From assembly GCA_963748215.1 (NCBI GenBank), contig CAVVHS010000008.1:96001-160000 (forward strand): a stretch of 64,000 nt of DNA. Reading direction: 5' to 3'. Shown piece by piece: positions 21,279 to 32,762 of this stretch. The notes under the pieces are model-generated. The model was not told the DNA's origin. It saw only the letters and a program-made list of their open reading frames with translations, and ran no database searches. The stretch is from an uncultured Gammaproteobacteria bacterium. Its GTDB lineage: Bacteria > Pseudomonadota > Gammaproteobacteria > UBA9214. Within the stretch, counting starts at the first letter, position 1, and the number at the start of each line of letters is the position of its first letter. The translations under genes and the position numbers were made by a program.

Positions 21279-23458
21279 ATGCGCGAGACCGCATCGAAAT
21301 CAACCATACTGATGGAAGATCATATCCAGAAACCTTACCTGCTGCTGATCAGCATCCATGGGTTGATACGCGCCACGGACCTGGAACTCGGCCGTAACGC
21401 GGATACCGGCGGCCAGACCAAGTACGTGCTGGATCTGGCGCGCGCTCTCGCCGAGCGCGAGGACGTCGGCCAGGTCGACCTGGTTACGCGCAGGATCGTG
21501 GATACTGCGGTCAGCAGGGACTATGCACAGCCAGTGGAAGCGCTGTCAGACAAGGCACGCATCATCCGTATCGACGCCGGCCCGGAGGAATACATTCCCA
21601 AGGAGCAATTGTGGGACCATCTGGACAGCTTCATGGACAACCTGGTCAACTGGCTGAACAGCCAGCACCGCACCCCCGACCTGGTCCACAGCCACTATGC
21701 GGACGCCGGTTACGTGGGCACCCGACTGGCCAACCTGCTGGGGGTGCCACTCATCCATACCGGCCATTCGCTGGGTCGCGACAAACGCAAACGCCTGCTT
21801 GCCAGGGGCCTGTCGAGCGAGATCATCGAGCACACCTACAATATCAGACGGCGCATCGATGCCGAGGAAGAGGTACTCGCCAATGCCGACCTGGTCATCA
21901 CCAGCACCCATAATGAAATCGAGGAGCAATACGGACTCTACAATTACTACGACCCTGACCGGATGCAGGTCATACCACCCGGCACCGACCTGAAACAGTT
22001 TCACCCGCCGGCGGAAAACGAGGACATCGCCTTTGCATCCCGCCTGAAACGGTTTCTTACCCGGCCGGACAAACCGTTTATCCTGGCCCTGTCGCGTCCG
22101 GACGAACGCAAGAACATTCTCAGTCTGGTCGAGGCCTATGGCGAATCGCATGCCCTGCAGGAAGCGGCGAACCTGCTGATCGTGGCCGGCAGCCGCGAAG
22201 ACATCCGCGACATGGATACCGGTGCACGATCCGTGCTGACCAACATCCTGCTGCTGATCGACAGCTATGACCTGTACGGCCTGGTCGCACTGCCCAAGAG
22301 CCACCGCGCCGATGAGGTGCCGGACATCTATCGCCTGGTGACCACTTCAGGTGGCGTATTCATCAATCCCGCCCTGACCGAGCCGTTCGGGTTGACCCTG
22401 CTGGAGGCAGCCGCCTCGGGCCTGCCGGTCGTGGCGACCGAGAACGGCGGACCGGTGGATATCATCGCCAACTGCAACAACGGCATTCTGGTAGACCCGC
22501 TCGACAAGGCTGCCATGAGCAAGGCACTGCTTGCATTGCTCAGGGACCGCGAGGCCTGGCAACGGCCTCTCGCAACGGACTCAAGGGTGTGCGCAAGCAC
22601 TATGCCTGGGAGGCACATGCCGACAGGTACATGGAAATAGTGAGTGGTCTGCACGGCAAGAGCCGCCCGGTCGACTGGGAGCGGCCACCGCCGCGAGCTG
22701 TCCATTTCCGCGACCGTGCACTGTTTACCGACCTCGATCAGAACCTGCTCGGCAACCCGGCCGCCCTGAAGACCTTTTCCGACGTCATGCACGATAACCG
22801 CAAGTGTGTGACTTTCGGCATAGCGACCGGCCGGCGTATCGATGCCGCACTGGCCATCATCAAGAAATACCGCATACCTGCGCCGGACGTGCTGATCAGC
22901 AGTCTCGGCACGCGCATCCATTACGGCCGATCCCTGACCGAGGACAACCACTGGGCGGACCACATCGACCACCACTGGAACCCGCTGCGGGTGCGCCGCG
23001 TTATCGAACATCTGCCCGGCATCAAGCAACAGCCCAAACAGGACCAGAGCCGCTTCAAGCTGTCCTACTATTACGACGCGCAGCTGGCGCCGACTTACGA
23101 CGACGTCGTCACCCTGCTCCGCCAGAACGACCTGACCGCCAACGTGATCATCTCCTTCGGCCAGTTCCTGGACATCGTACCGTCGCGCGCATCCAAGGGT
23201 CAGGCTCTGCGTTACGTCGCACAGCGCCTGGACATACCGCTCGAGCACATCCTCGTGGCCGGTGGTTCGGGCGCAGACGAGGACATGATGCGTGGCAACA
23301 CGCTAGCGGTCGTAGTGGGCAATCGTCACCACGAGGAGCTCTCCGGACTGACCGATCAGGACCGCATCTACTTTGCCAGCCAGCCTTACGCCATGGGGAT
23401 CCTCGAGGCAATCGATCACTATGATTTCTTCAATAGCTGCGAAGTACCGGCGGACTGA
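21279..23458 (+). CDS. sps: Sucrose-phosphate synthase (GT4 plus C-terminal HAD-like domain), frameshifted near 22565
   Basis: ISIHGLIR..LELGRNADTGGQTKYV, HTGHSLG and EPFGLTLLEAAA; adding one base near 22565 joins the two ORFs. Confidence 0.9.
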
Positions 23459-24297
23459 TGCCTGAACGCCTGCTGATTTGCACCGATCTCGACCGTACCC
23501 TGCTACCGAACGGGCCGCAATCCGAATCTCCGCAAGCGCGCGAGCGCTTTGCCGGGCTGGTTGCCAACCCGCAGATCACCCTGGCCTACGTCAGCGGGCG
23601 TCATCGGGCACTGGTGGAGCAGGCCATATTCAACTACCGGTTGCCGGTACCGGATTTCGTGGTGGGGGATGTCGGCACGACCATTTACCGGGTCGGTACA
23701 GAGCAGGCCTGGGCCAGGCTGACCACGTGGGAAGAGGATTTCGCCAGTGACTGGGCAGGCAGGACACACGCCGAGCTGAAGGCGCTGCTGCATGACCTGT
23801 CCGCCCTGCAATTGCAGGAAGTCAGCAAGCAGAACGACTACAAGCTGAGTTACTACGTGCCCTTGCAAAGCGACCGCGAGGCCCTCTCGGCCATGATCCG
23901 CCACCGCTTCGGGGAATCCGGCATCAGGGCCAGCCTGATCTGGAGCATCGACGAACCGATGGGCATCGGCCTGCTGGATATCCTGCCGGAACGGGCAAGC
24001 AAGCTGCATGCCGTGGAGGCACTGATGAAACTGAACGGCTTCGACTGCAGCAACACCGTGTTCTGCGGTGACAGCGGCAACGATATCGAGGTACTGGCCA
24101 GTCCGATTCCCGCCGTGCTGGTCGCAAACGGACACGCGGATGTCAAGGAACTCGCCAGACGACTGGCCGACGAGAAGCATTGCAGCGCACAACTTTACAT
24201 CGCACAGGGCGGTTTCATGGACATGAACGGAAACTACAGTGCCGGTATACTGGAGGGCATTGCCCATTACCATCCGGACACTACCGGCTGGATGTAA
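23458..24297 (+). CDS. spp: Sucrose-phosphate phosphatase (HAD-IIB)
   Basis: CTDLDRTL, YVSGR, SKL and CGDSGND; its ATG overlaps the sps stop. Confidence 0.85.
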   Translation: MPERLLICTDLDRTLLPNGPQSESPQARERFAGLVANPQITLAYVSGRHRALVEQAIFNYRLPVPDFVVGDVGTTIYRVGTEQAWARLTTWEEDFASDWAGRTHAELKALLHDLSALQLQEVSKQNDYKLSYYVPLQSDREALSAMIRHRFGESGIRASLIWSIDEPMGIGLLDILPERASKLHAVEALMKLNGFDCSNTVFCGDSGNDIEVLASPIPAVLVANGHADVKELARRLADEKHCSAQLYIAQGGFMDMNGNYSAGILEGIAHYHPDTTGWM

Positions 24298-24322
24298 CCT
24301 CCACCGCAACGGAAACGCCGGC

Positions 24323-25225
24323 ATGAGCGACCCGCAGGTCTGTATATTTGGCGAAGTACTGTTTGATCATTTTCCCGACGGCAAGCGCGTGCTGGGCGGC
24401 GCACCGTTCAATGTCGCATGGCACCTGCAGGCATTCGGCCTCGCACCGCGATTTATCAGCCGGGTCGGCGCGGATGCCGAAGGCGAGTCCGTGCTGGCCG
24501 CCATGCGCGAATGGGGCATGGACACCCGGGCAGTCCAGGTCGACGCCCACCGGCCCACAGGCCGGGTCAGCGTGCAGATCCTCGATGACGAACCGGCCTA
24601 CGATATCGTCGCCGACTGCGCCTATGATGCGATCGGGTGGCAACCGCAACAGGTACCCACCGATGCCTTCGTCTACCACGGCTCGCTCGCCATCAGGGCG
24701 CCGGAATCGCGCCAGACCCTCGACGCGATCACGCGGGCAGCTGCAGCAGGCACCATCTTCCTCGACGTCAACCTCAGGCCGCCCTGGTGGGACCATGACG
24801 AGGTCATGTCACGGATCAGGGCGGCGCACTGGGTCAAGCTCAATGCCGACGAGCTGGCCGTGCTCGCCCCGCATCGCGCCTCCGACGTCATTCACGCCGG
24901 CGAGTTTCTTGCCGAGAACAACCTGAAAGGCCTGATCCTCACCCGGGGCGCGGACGGCGCAAGCGTATTCACGGAAGACGGCGCGAGCTTCGTGGTGAAG
25001 CCGGGCGGTAAAATCAGGATTGTGGATACCGTGGGCGCCGGTGATGCCTTTACAGCGGTCACGATACTCGGGATCATCTCGGGCTGGCCGCTGCCAGTGA
25101 CGCTCGAACGGGCGCAGTCCTTTGCGTCGCAAATCGTTGGCCGGCGCGGCGCGACCGTGAACGAGCGCGACTTTTATCAACCGCTGATCCTGGCTTGGGA
25201 TCTGCCCGGACAACACACGAACTGA
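24323..25225 (+). CDS. Fructokinase (PfkB family)
   Basis: FGEVLFD, GGAPFNVA, DVNLR and VDTVGAGDAF; lies in the sucrose operon. Confidence 0.88.
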   Translation: MSDPQVCIFGEVLFDHFPDGKRVLGGAPFNVAWHLQAFGLAPRFISRVGADAEGESVLAAMREWGMDTRAVQVDAHRPTGRVSVQILDDEPAYDIVADCAYDAIGWQPQQVPTDAFVYHGSLAIRAPESRQTLDAITRAAAAGTIFLDVNLRPPWWDHDEVMSRIRAAHWVKLNADELAVLAPHRASDVIHAGEFLAENNLKGLILTRGADGASVFTEDGASFVVKPGGKIRIVDTVGAGDAFTAVTILGIISGWPLPVTLERAQSFASQIVGRRGATVNERDFYQPLILAWDLPGQHTN

Positions 25226-25228
25226 CAT

Positions 25229-27194
25229 ATGTACGAACAGGTTTCCCATTCCCTGCTGAACCGGTTGCTGGACAATCTAAGCGAAGACATCCGCAAACAG
25301 GACCTGCGCCATTTCTACCTCCGTCTCGGCGCGAATTTCTATGCGATCCATTCGCTGTTTCACCATCTCTACGGCGAGCGCGAGGACTTCGAGGCGCAGA
25401 TGCTGCGACTCGTCGAGGTGCTGGCGCACCACGACCTGGCACGCGACCCCGACCTCAGGGAACTGGATCGTCAACGCGAGGAGAATCACAACTGGTTCCT
25501 GAGCCAGGAATGGGTCGGCATGGCACTGTACTGCGACGGCTTTGCCGGCAACCTGCAGGGCCTGGAATCCAGACTCCACTACCTGCAGGAACTGGGCATC
25601 AATATGCTGCACGTGATGCCCATTCTGAAATGCCCGGTGGGCGCCAGCGACGGCGGCTATGCGATCAGCGACTTTCGCGCCCTGGACGAACGTGCCGGAA
25701 CGCTCGAGGACCTGCGCTCGGTGGCCGGTTCCCTGCGCAAGCGCAACATGCTGCTGACCCTCGACGTGGTAGTCAACCACACCTCGAATGAACACGACTG
25801 GGCGCGTGCGCGCCCGCGCCGGCGAGAAAAAATACCAGGACTACTACTACTTCTTCGACAATCGCGATATCCCCGACATGTTCGAGGAGACCATGCCCGA
25901 GATCTTCCCGGAAACCTCGCCCGGCAACTTCACCTGGGACGAGACGATGGGCAAGTGGGTGATGACGGTCTTCAACAACTACCAGTGGGACCTGAATTAC
26001 AGCAACCCGGCCGTGTTCATCGAGATGGTGGATATCATCCTGTTCTGGGCCAACCAGGGTGCGGATATCGTGCGACTGGACGCGGTCGCATTTCTGTGGA
26101 AGAAAATCGGCACCACCTGCCAGAATGAGCGCGAGGCACACCTGATCCTGCAGTTGCTGAAGGATTGCTGCCAGGTGACCGCGCGCGGCGTGCTGTTCAT
26201 CGCCGAGGCGATCGTCGCACCGGTGGAAATCGCAAAATACTTCGGCGAGGATGCCGTGATCGCAAAAGAATGCGAGATCGCCTACAACGCCACCCTCATG
26301 GCCCTGCTCTGGGATACGGTGGCCACCCATAACGCAAACCTGCTCAACATCGGTGTACGCAACCTGCCGAACAAGCTCGATCGTGCCACCTGGCTGAACT
26401 ATATCCGCTGCCACGATGATATCGGCCTGGGCTTCGACGATAACGATATCCGCCTGGCCGGTTATGACCCGCTGGCGCACCGCCGCTTTCTGGTGGACTA
26501 CTTCACGGGGGAATACGACGATTCGCCGGCACGCGGACAGCCATTCGGTCGCAACCTGAAAACGGGCGATGCGCGCATATCGGGATCACTCGCCTCGCTG
26601 GTGGGACTCGGTACGGCGCTGGAAGACGGTAATCCGGAAGGAATCGACATAGCCGTGCGCCGCATCCTGCTGCTGCACAGCGTGATCATGTCCTACGGTG
26701 GCATCCCCCTGCTTTACTACGGCGACGAGATCGGCATGCTGAATGATTGCACCTACCTGGATGATCCCGCCAAGGCCAACGACAATCGCTGGCTGCACCG
26801 CCCCCGCATCGACTGGAACAAGGCAGACATGCGCAATCAGCACGGCAGCCTGGAACAGCGCATCTTCGAAGGGCTGCAAAGAATGATCGCCGTGCGCAAG
26901 TCCATCCCGGCCTTCGCCGACTTCAACAATCGCGAGTTGCTCGATACCGGCAACCCCCACCTGTTCGTCTTCATGCGCACCGATCCGTTCCAGAGCGGAG
27001 ATAACGTACTGGTGGTGACGAACTTCGACAGCGCCCCCCAGTCACTCGACCTGATCGACCTGCGCAATCGCGGCCGCTTCGCCTACGGCCAGGTCCAGGA
27101 CCTCTGTTCCGGCGAGACCCCTTCGCTCTACAAGGACACGCTGGTCATTCCGCCCTACCGGTTTTACTGGCTGAGCGATCGACCCTCTTTCTAG
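25229..27194 (+). CDS. Amylosucrase/sucrose hydrolase (GH13), frameshifted near 25810
   Basis: SDGGYA, DVVVNHTS, QWDLNY, RLDAVAF, IAEAIV and RCHDDIG. Confidence 0.88.
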
Positions 27195-27772
27195 CGGCGG
27201 GACGCCCGGCCCAATGGGTCGGTGAGCCCGCGACCGGGCCAGGCGCATAGCGCATACCGCGCAGATCCGCGGCGCCGAAACATCCAGCAGGGCTGACGGG
27301 TCGTTCAAAACCATCGGATTTATATGGAAAAAGAGTCGAGACCCGCCTGGGGTAACAGACTGTCGCCGTTGAACGACGCTCCATTAGTATATTTTTATAA
27401 GTCGATGTATTGCCTCTATTCGTAGCTGATCCTGATTGGCGACATCCCCGCCGCCAAACCCGCACCACACACGCGCCGCAGCCATCCCTTCTAAACGGAA
27501 ACATCGTTATATCCGCTACATTATCAGCGAGTTACGTATTGCCAAACGCCAGTGGCACCCGGCAGTGTGCGACACCGGCAGCGACCAACATGTCATGGCA
27601 ATGACATCGCCGGCCAGCCAGTAAAGTCGTCGCCACGGCGAACCGGCATCCGTCCGACACACCGCTCCACCCGACTGTTCTAACGAGGAATTTCGCTCCA
27701 ACCGGGCGCATCCGCGCATTTTGCCGCCTGGATTCTGGCTCTCTAGCCGCCTTCTCATGCAGTGAAAACAGC

Positions 27773-27788
27773 TGGCATGGTCCTTGCG
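27773..27788 (+). promoter_or_regulatory. Sigma54 -24/-12 promoter
   Basis: TGGCAT-GGTCC-TTGCG about 90 bp upstream of the ATG at 27876, within a 680-bp intergenic region. Confidence 0.7.
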
Positions 27789-27875
27789 TTACGAATTTGC
27801 AATCACGATCACACAACCCGCATCAGGTGCCGCAATGGCGGCGCCGATAGCTGATAAACACAGAGGCAAACGCAT

Positions 27876-28382
27876 ATGTTTTCAAAAAAACACGGTAAGT
27901 CATTGATTCGAGGTCTACTGGTAGTCAGCCTGGCCATCCTGCTGGGCGCCTGCGGCGGAGGCAGTACCGGTGTCGTGGGCGGGACAACCACGTCCAGCAC
28001 AAGCAGCACGACAGCCACGTCCCGCGCAAGCAGCACGACAGCCACGTCCAGTGTAAGCAGCACGACAGCCACGTCCAGTTCCAGTAATTCCAGCAGCCCA
28101 TCGGGAACTGCCTCGACCGGCGCCATCAGACTGTCATGGACGGCCCCGGTCGCCCGTGCCGATGGAACACCGCTATCGCTGTCAGAGATCGCCGGCTACC
28201 GTGTCCATTACGGGACGTCGTCCGGCAAATACACGAGTCACGTCAATATCACTAATGGTTCACTGCAATCCGCCACCGTGTCCGGCATACCGATCGGCAC
28301 GTATTACGTCGCCATGTCGACATACGATGCAAGCGGACTGGAAAGCAGATACTCAGCGCCTGTCGTCAAGTCAGCACTGTAA
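27876..28382 (+). CDS. Lipoprotein with a Ser/Thr linker and a C-terminal fibronectin type III-like domain
   Basis: Lipobox LGAC-GGGS; LSWTAP..ADGTPL..GYRVHYG..GTYY..ES. Confidence 0.8.
   Translation: MFSKKHGKSLIRGLLVVSLAILLGACGGGSTGVVGGTTTSSTSSTTATSRASSTTATSSVSSTTATSSSSNSSSPSGTASTGAIRLSWTAPVARADGTPLSLSEIAGYRVHYGTSSGKYTSHVNITNGSLQSATVSGIPIGTYYVAMSTYDASGLESRYSAPVVKSAL
28002..28082 (+). repeat. Three 27-bp in-frame tandem repeats (SSTTATSxx)
   Basis: AGCAGCACGACAGCCACGTCC plus 6 variable nt, three copies. Confidence 0.9.
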
Positions 28383-28608
28383 TCCCGCACCGCAGACTGT
28401 TCGTCCCCCGGACCACTAACCGGCCCGGGGTACTGCATAGCCGCGGCGCCAACCCGTCTCAAGTCCTGCCACAGCCGGACCGGGGGACGCACAACCTGTA
28501 AGCCCCCGGCATCCGGCTCAGAGTAGCCCCCTCGTCGCCCAAAGCTAGCCGGCCTGCCGGATTCAGCCCGCCAGACAGCATGCCGATACCCGCAGATAGC
28601 GGCAATCA

Positions 28609-28622
28609 TTGACCTGTATCAA
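28609..28622 (+). promoter_or_regulatory. FNR/ANR box upstream of ppk2
   Basis: TTGAC-CTGT-ATCAA compared with the consensus TTGAT-N4-ATCAA. Confidence 0.65.
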
Positions 28623-28663
28623 CACAGGTTCATGGCATTCGTTATATAGAGAAGAGTTTATAT

Positions 28664-29614
28664 ATGAAGAAAATGGAACCGACCATGATCAAACATCATG
28701 CCAGCGCCCTCGCTGAACTTGCGGCAGACAGGGAAACGCCTGAGCTTGCCTCGAAAAAGGAAATCACGAGTCTCGGCAAGCAGAAGATATTCGCCGATGC
28801 CAACTACCCGTACAAGACCAAGATGGGTCGGGCTGAATACGAAGCAGCCAAGCAGGAGCTGCAGATCGAGCTGCTCAAGATGCAGGGCTGGGTCAAGGAA
28901 ACGGGCCAGCGGATTGTCATCCTTTGCGAGGGACGCGACGCGGCCGGCAAGGGCGGCACCATCAAGCGCTTCATGGAACACCTGAATCCACGCGGCGCAC
29001 GTGTAGTCGCCCTGGAAAAACCCTCGGATGAAGAGCAGGGCCAGTGGTACTTTCAGCGTTATGTCAAGCACCTTCCCACAGCGGGTGAAATCGTGCTGTT
29101 CGACCGATCCTGGTATAATCGTGCCGGCGTCGAGCGTGTCATGGGTTTTTGCTCCTCCGGCGAGTATCTCGAATTCATGCGCCAGGCGCCCGAGCTGGAG
29201 CGCATGCTGGTTCGCGCCGGAATCCATTTTTTCAAACTGTGGTTCTCGGTCAGCCGTAATGAGCAGTTCCGCCGCTTCCAGGGACGCCGTCACGACCCGC
29301 TGAAACAGTGGAAACTGAGTCCGATCGATATGGCATCGCTGGACAAATGGCAGGACTACACCGAGGCAAAAGAGGCCATGTTTTTCTACACGGACACCGC
29401 CGACGCGCCGTGGACCGTGGTCAAGTCGGATTGCAAGAAACGTGCGCGTATCAACGCCATGCGCCACGTGCTAAACAGCCTCGAGTATCCGAACAAGAAC
29501 CGCCAGATCGCCATCGCACCGGATCGCCTGATTGTCGGCTCGGCAAAGAACATCTACGAATCGGGCGAGCACTATCTGGAAAGCAGCCCCCTTGAAACGA
29601 CCAGCAAGGAATAG
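28664..29614 (+). CDS. ppk2: Polyphosphate kinase 2 (class I)
   Basis: EGRDAAGKGGTIKRF, QWYFQRY, FDRSWYNRAGVERVMG and WKLSPID. Confidence 0.96.
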   Translation: MKKMEPTMIKHHASALAELAADRETPELASKKEITSLGKQKIFADANYPYKTKMGRAEYEAAKQELQIELLKMQGWVKETGQRIVILCEGRDAAGKGGTIKRFMEHLNPRGARVVALEKPSDEEQGQWYFQRYVKHLPTAGEIVLFDRSWYNRAGVERVMGFCSSGEYLEFMRQAPELERMLVRAGIHFFKLWFSVSRNEQFRRFQGRRHDPLKQWKLSPIDMASLDKWQDYTEAKEAMFFYTDTADAPWTVVKSDCKKRARINAMRHVLNSLEYPNKNRQIAIAPDRLIVGSAKNIYESGEHYLESSPLETTSKE

Positions 29615-29616
29615 TC

Positions 29617-29832
29617 ATGCACCAGTCCGAACATGCCCAGGCAATGACAGACCGCTTTCATGAACTTGTGGAACAATCCGGGGACAGCCTGCCCGAGAAC
29701 CACTACGATGAACTGAGGCTGATCATCGAGGCCGGGCTCGATACTGCACTGGCGGAGATCATGGAAAACATCGCGGACAAGCTGACAGCCATGGCGCACG
29801 ACATCCAGCACGACGCGGAATTCTTCGACTGA
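29617..29832 (+). CDS. Small acidic hypothetical protein coupled to ppk2
   Basis: Starts 2 bp after the ppk2 stop with an AAGGA RBS; 71 aa. Confidence 0.7.
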   Translation: MHQSEHAQAMTDRFHELVEQSGDSLPENHYDELRLIIEAGLDTALAEIMENIADKLTAMAHDIQHDAEFFD

Positions 29833-30040
29833 CAGACTGGCACCGCGCTACCGGGCGTGCGGCCGGGACACCACCCGCTGATTCACATCTCATCACGATC
29901 AACCCGCTCCTGACCGGCATGAACGTGTTAAGGCCGGCAGAGGTGTGACCGTCACTGAACGGACTTTCGATCACGCGCGGTCAGACGGCCTGCGACACCG
30001 CGCCGGCTGCCTGGCGTTTACCTGGACGGATCCGGCGAGA

Positions 30041-30054
30041 TTGATGCACGTCAA
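30041..30054 (+). promoter_or_regulatory. FNR/ANR box upstream of the moxR-bat operon
   Basis: TTGAT-GCAC-GTCAA, with a -10-like CATAGT at 30077-30082 at class II spacing. Confidence 0.65.
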
Positions 30055-30234
30055 TACCCAAAACCTTGCAATCAGGCATAGTTTCAAGTCAATATGGCTG
30101 TGTTAATAATAAAATTGACGACCGCATCCCTACCCCACCCCGTGAAGAATGTGATATCGGGAAGTCATCCGGGCTATCAGCAAATACCCCGATGCCGGTA
30201 GCGGTAAGTCCGTATTATTCCAGGAGCGTGCACA

Positions 30235-31226
30235 GTGTTATTTTCCGGCAGTCAAAAAAAATATCGTAGCTTGGATTCCTCGTCACTGGACTGTGTCCGC
30301 GACCACCTCGCAACCCGGGTTGTCGGACAACGCAGCCTGATCGACAGCATGCTGATATGCCTCGTGAGCGAAGGCCATCTGCTGGTAGAGGGTATGCCGG
30401 GGCTGGCCAAGACCACTGCGGTAAAGGCCCTGGCGGAGGCCATCGAGGGTGACTATCACCGCATCCAGTTCACCCCCGACCTGCTGCCCTCCGATCTGAT
30501 CGGCACGGATATCTACCGTCATGAGAAGGGCGAGTTCGTATTCCGTGCCGGCCCGCTGTTTCACAACATACTGCTGGCGGACGAGGTCAACCGCGCGCCG
30601 GCCAAGGTCCAGTCGGCATTGCTGGAAGCCATGGGTGAACACCAGGTCACGGTCGGCATGAAGACCTACCAGCTGCCGGACCTGTTCATGGTGCTGGCCA
30701 CCCAGAATCCAATCGAACAGGAAGGCACTTATAACCTGCCGGAGGCCCAGCTGGACCGCTTCCTGATGCACGTCTGGGTGGATTACCCGAATCGCGAGGA
30801 AGAACTGGCCATCCTGCAGCTCGACAGCAACCAGCAGTTGACCGCACCGCCCCCCCTGCCGTGATGCTGACCCAGGCGGAACTGTTCAAGGTGCGCGCGG
30901 ATGCGGCAAAGCTCTATCTCGATCCCAAACTGAATGACTACATCGTCGACCTGGTACAGGCCAGTCGCCGGCCCGAAGCCTATGACGATAGCCTCAAGCG
31001 CTGGTGCCGGTTCGGTGCCTCGCCACGCGCCACGATTGCGCTGGCTCGCTGTGCCCGTGCACGCGCCTGGCTGGATGGCGATGAATTTGTCGCGCCGCAC
31101 CATATCCAGGCCGTGGCGCCGGACGTGCTGCGCCACCGCATCCTGTTGACCTTCGAAGGCGAAGCCGAGGGCGTCACCAGCGATCATTTCATCAAGCGTC
31201 TGCTGGAGGTCGTGGCAATACCGTGA
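30235..31226 (+). CDS. moxR: MoxR family AAA+ ATPase, frameshifted in the C7 run at 30850-30856
   Basis: EGMPGLAKT, RIQFTPDLLPSD, ADEVNR, ATQNPIEQEGTY.LPEAQLDRF and GASPRA; extending C7 to C8 restores the frame. Confidence 0.92.
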
Positions 31227-31281
31227 TGGCCGGCAGGAACTTCGGGCCAGGGCACCCGTTTCAGACCACAGCAGCAACGCG

Positions 31282-32193
31282 ATGAGCCTTCACCCGCAGC
31301 TTGATGATCTGCTGGAACTCCGCCACCAGGCCCGCGCCCTGGGCGTGGCAGCCAATCACCTGGTCAATACCACCTTCAGCGGCCTGTACGCGTCGGTTTT
31401 TCGCGGCACCGGACTGGATTTCGATGAGGTCCGCGAATATCGCGAAGGCGACGATATTCGCAATATGGACTGGCTGGTCACGGCGCGTACCGACATCCCG
31501 CACCTGAAGGTTTTCCGCGAGGAACGCCAGCGCAGCGTCATCCTCTGCATCGATACCGGGCCGCATATGAGTTTCGGCACCCGCGGCACGTTCAAGTCCA
31601 TCCAGGCAGCGCGTACCGCAGCCCTCATCGGCTGGGCCGCCAGCAAACAGCACGACCGGGTCGGCGGCGTGCTGTTCGGCAATCCCGCGACCGGGTTGCG
31701 CTACTTCCGCGCCACCCCCGGCCGCCGCGGTCTGTGGCGATTGCTGCGCGGGCTCACCGAGCCCATCGAGCAAGGCGACACGGACGAATCGCAGTTGATG
31801 GCGACCCTGCAGCACCTCGACAGCGGCGCGGCCACCGGTTCGCTGATCTTCGTTATCGCACCGCTCAACCAGGTCACCGCCGGCCTGGAACGCATCCTCG
31901 GCAGTCTGAAGCAGCGCAACGACGTCGTGCTGCTGCCGGTGGACGATCCGGCCGACCGTGACCTGCCGGCCATGGGACCGGTCATCTTCTCCAATGCCGC
32001 CGGCGAATTACTGGAAGTGGATACGGACAATGCCGAAGGACGTGCGGCTTTTCGCGAAGACTGGGAACAGCGCCGCGAGGAACTTCAGCAACTCGCCTAC
32101 CGGCTGGGGCTCGGCCTGATACCCGTCAGCACATCGGATGACGTGCACCGCACCTTGATTACAGGACTGCGGCACTACCGGGGAAGACGCTAG
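31282..32193 (+). CDS. DUF58 domain protein
   Basis: FRGTGLDFDEVREYREGDDIRNMDWLVTAR and FREER. Confidence 0.92.
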   Translation: MSLHPQLDDLLELRHQARALGVAANHLVNTTFSGLYASVFRGTGLDFDEVREYREGDDIRNMDWLVTARTDIPHLKVFREERQRSVILCIDTGPHMSFGTRGTFKSIQAARTAALIGWAASKQHDRVGGVLFGNPATGLRYFRATPGRRGLWRLLRGLTEPIEQGDTDESQLMATLQHLDSGAATGSLIFVIAPLNQVTAGLERILGSLKQRNDVVLLPVDDPADRDLPAMGPVIFSNAAGELLEVDTDNAEGRAAFREDWEQRREELQQLAYRLGLGLIPVSTSDDVHRTLITGLRHYRGRR

Positions 32194-32198
32194 CCCGC

Positions 32199-32762
32199 AT
32201 GGAAAATACTACCGCGATTTTACGCGACATCCACGAACTGGACGCGATCCCGTGGTGGCCGCCGGCTCCCGGCTGGTGGATTGTCTTCGGCCTGCTGCTG
32301 CTCTTGCTCGTCGCCGCGGCGCTCCGTTACTGGCTGCGCTACAGCGGCCTCATGCCGGGCTGGCGCGGCGATGCCCGCCGCCAGCTGCGCGCCCTGCGCA
32401 AGGCCTTGCGCCAGGAAGACCCCCGCGCCATCGCCGGCCGCCTGTCCACACTGCTGCGCCGTATTGCCATGGCGCGAGGCGGGCGGCGCCAGGCCGCCGG
32501 GCTGTCCGGCGATCGCTGGCTCAACTGGCTGGAAGAAAACGACAGTACCGGTTTCAGCTGGACGAAGCGTGGCCGGATACTGCTGCAGGCCCCCTACATG
32601 CCACCGACATGGGTTGTGGAACGCAAGGATGTGGCACGGCTGGTCGTCGCCGCACGGCGCTGGGTCGATGCGGTAACCCCGGCTGACCGCAAACCGGCGA
32701 TACGCTGGCGCGAAAAGCTTGCAATGTACGGTATCAACCTGCGGAGCAGGCATCATGTTTAG
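32199..32762 (+). CDS. DUF4381 domain membrane protein
   Basis: LRDIH...IPWWPPAPGWW and AGLSGDRWLNWL. Confidence 0.88.
   Translation: MENTTAILRDIHELDAIPWWPPAPGWWIVFGLLLLLLVAAALRYWLRYSGLMPGWRGDARRQLRALRKALRQEDPRAIAGRLSTLLRRIAMARGGRRQAAGLSGDRWLNWLEENDSTGFSWTKRGRILLQAPYMPPTWVVERKDVARLVVAARRWVDAVTPADRKPAIRWREKLAMYGINLRSRHHV

Noticed and set aside
28440-28565. c-di-GMP-I riboswitch-like words (GGGACGCAC, TAGCCGG)
   Set aside because: No GNRA-capped P2 stem or convincing P1 was found, and it lies upstream of the inferred ppk2 promoter
30850-30864. Programmed frameshift or selenocysteine TGA in moxR
   Set aside because: The downstream part is in a different frame, and a one-base homopolymer undercall explains the break
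32190-32200. CTAGCCCGCAT matching the MITE end
   Set aside because: Only 11 nt with no partner repeat; it is simply the stop-spacer-start junction of two genes
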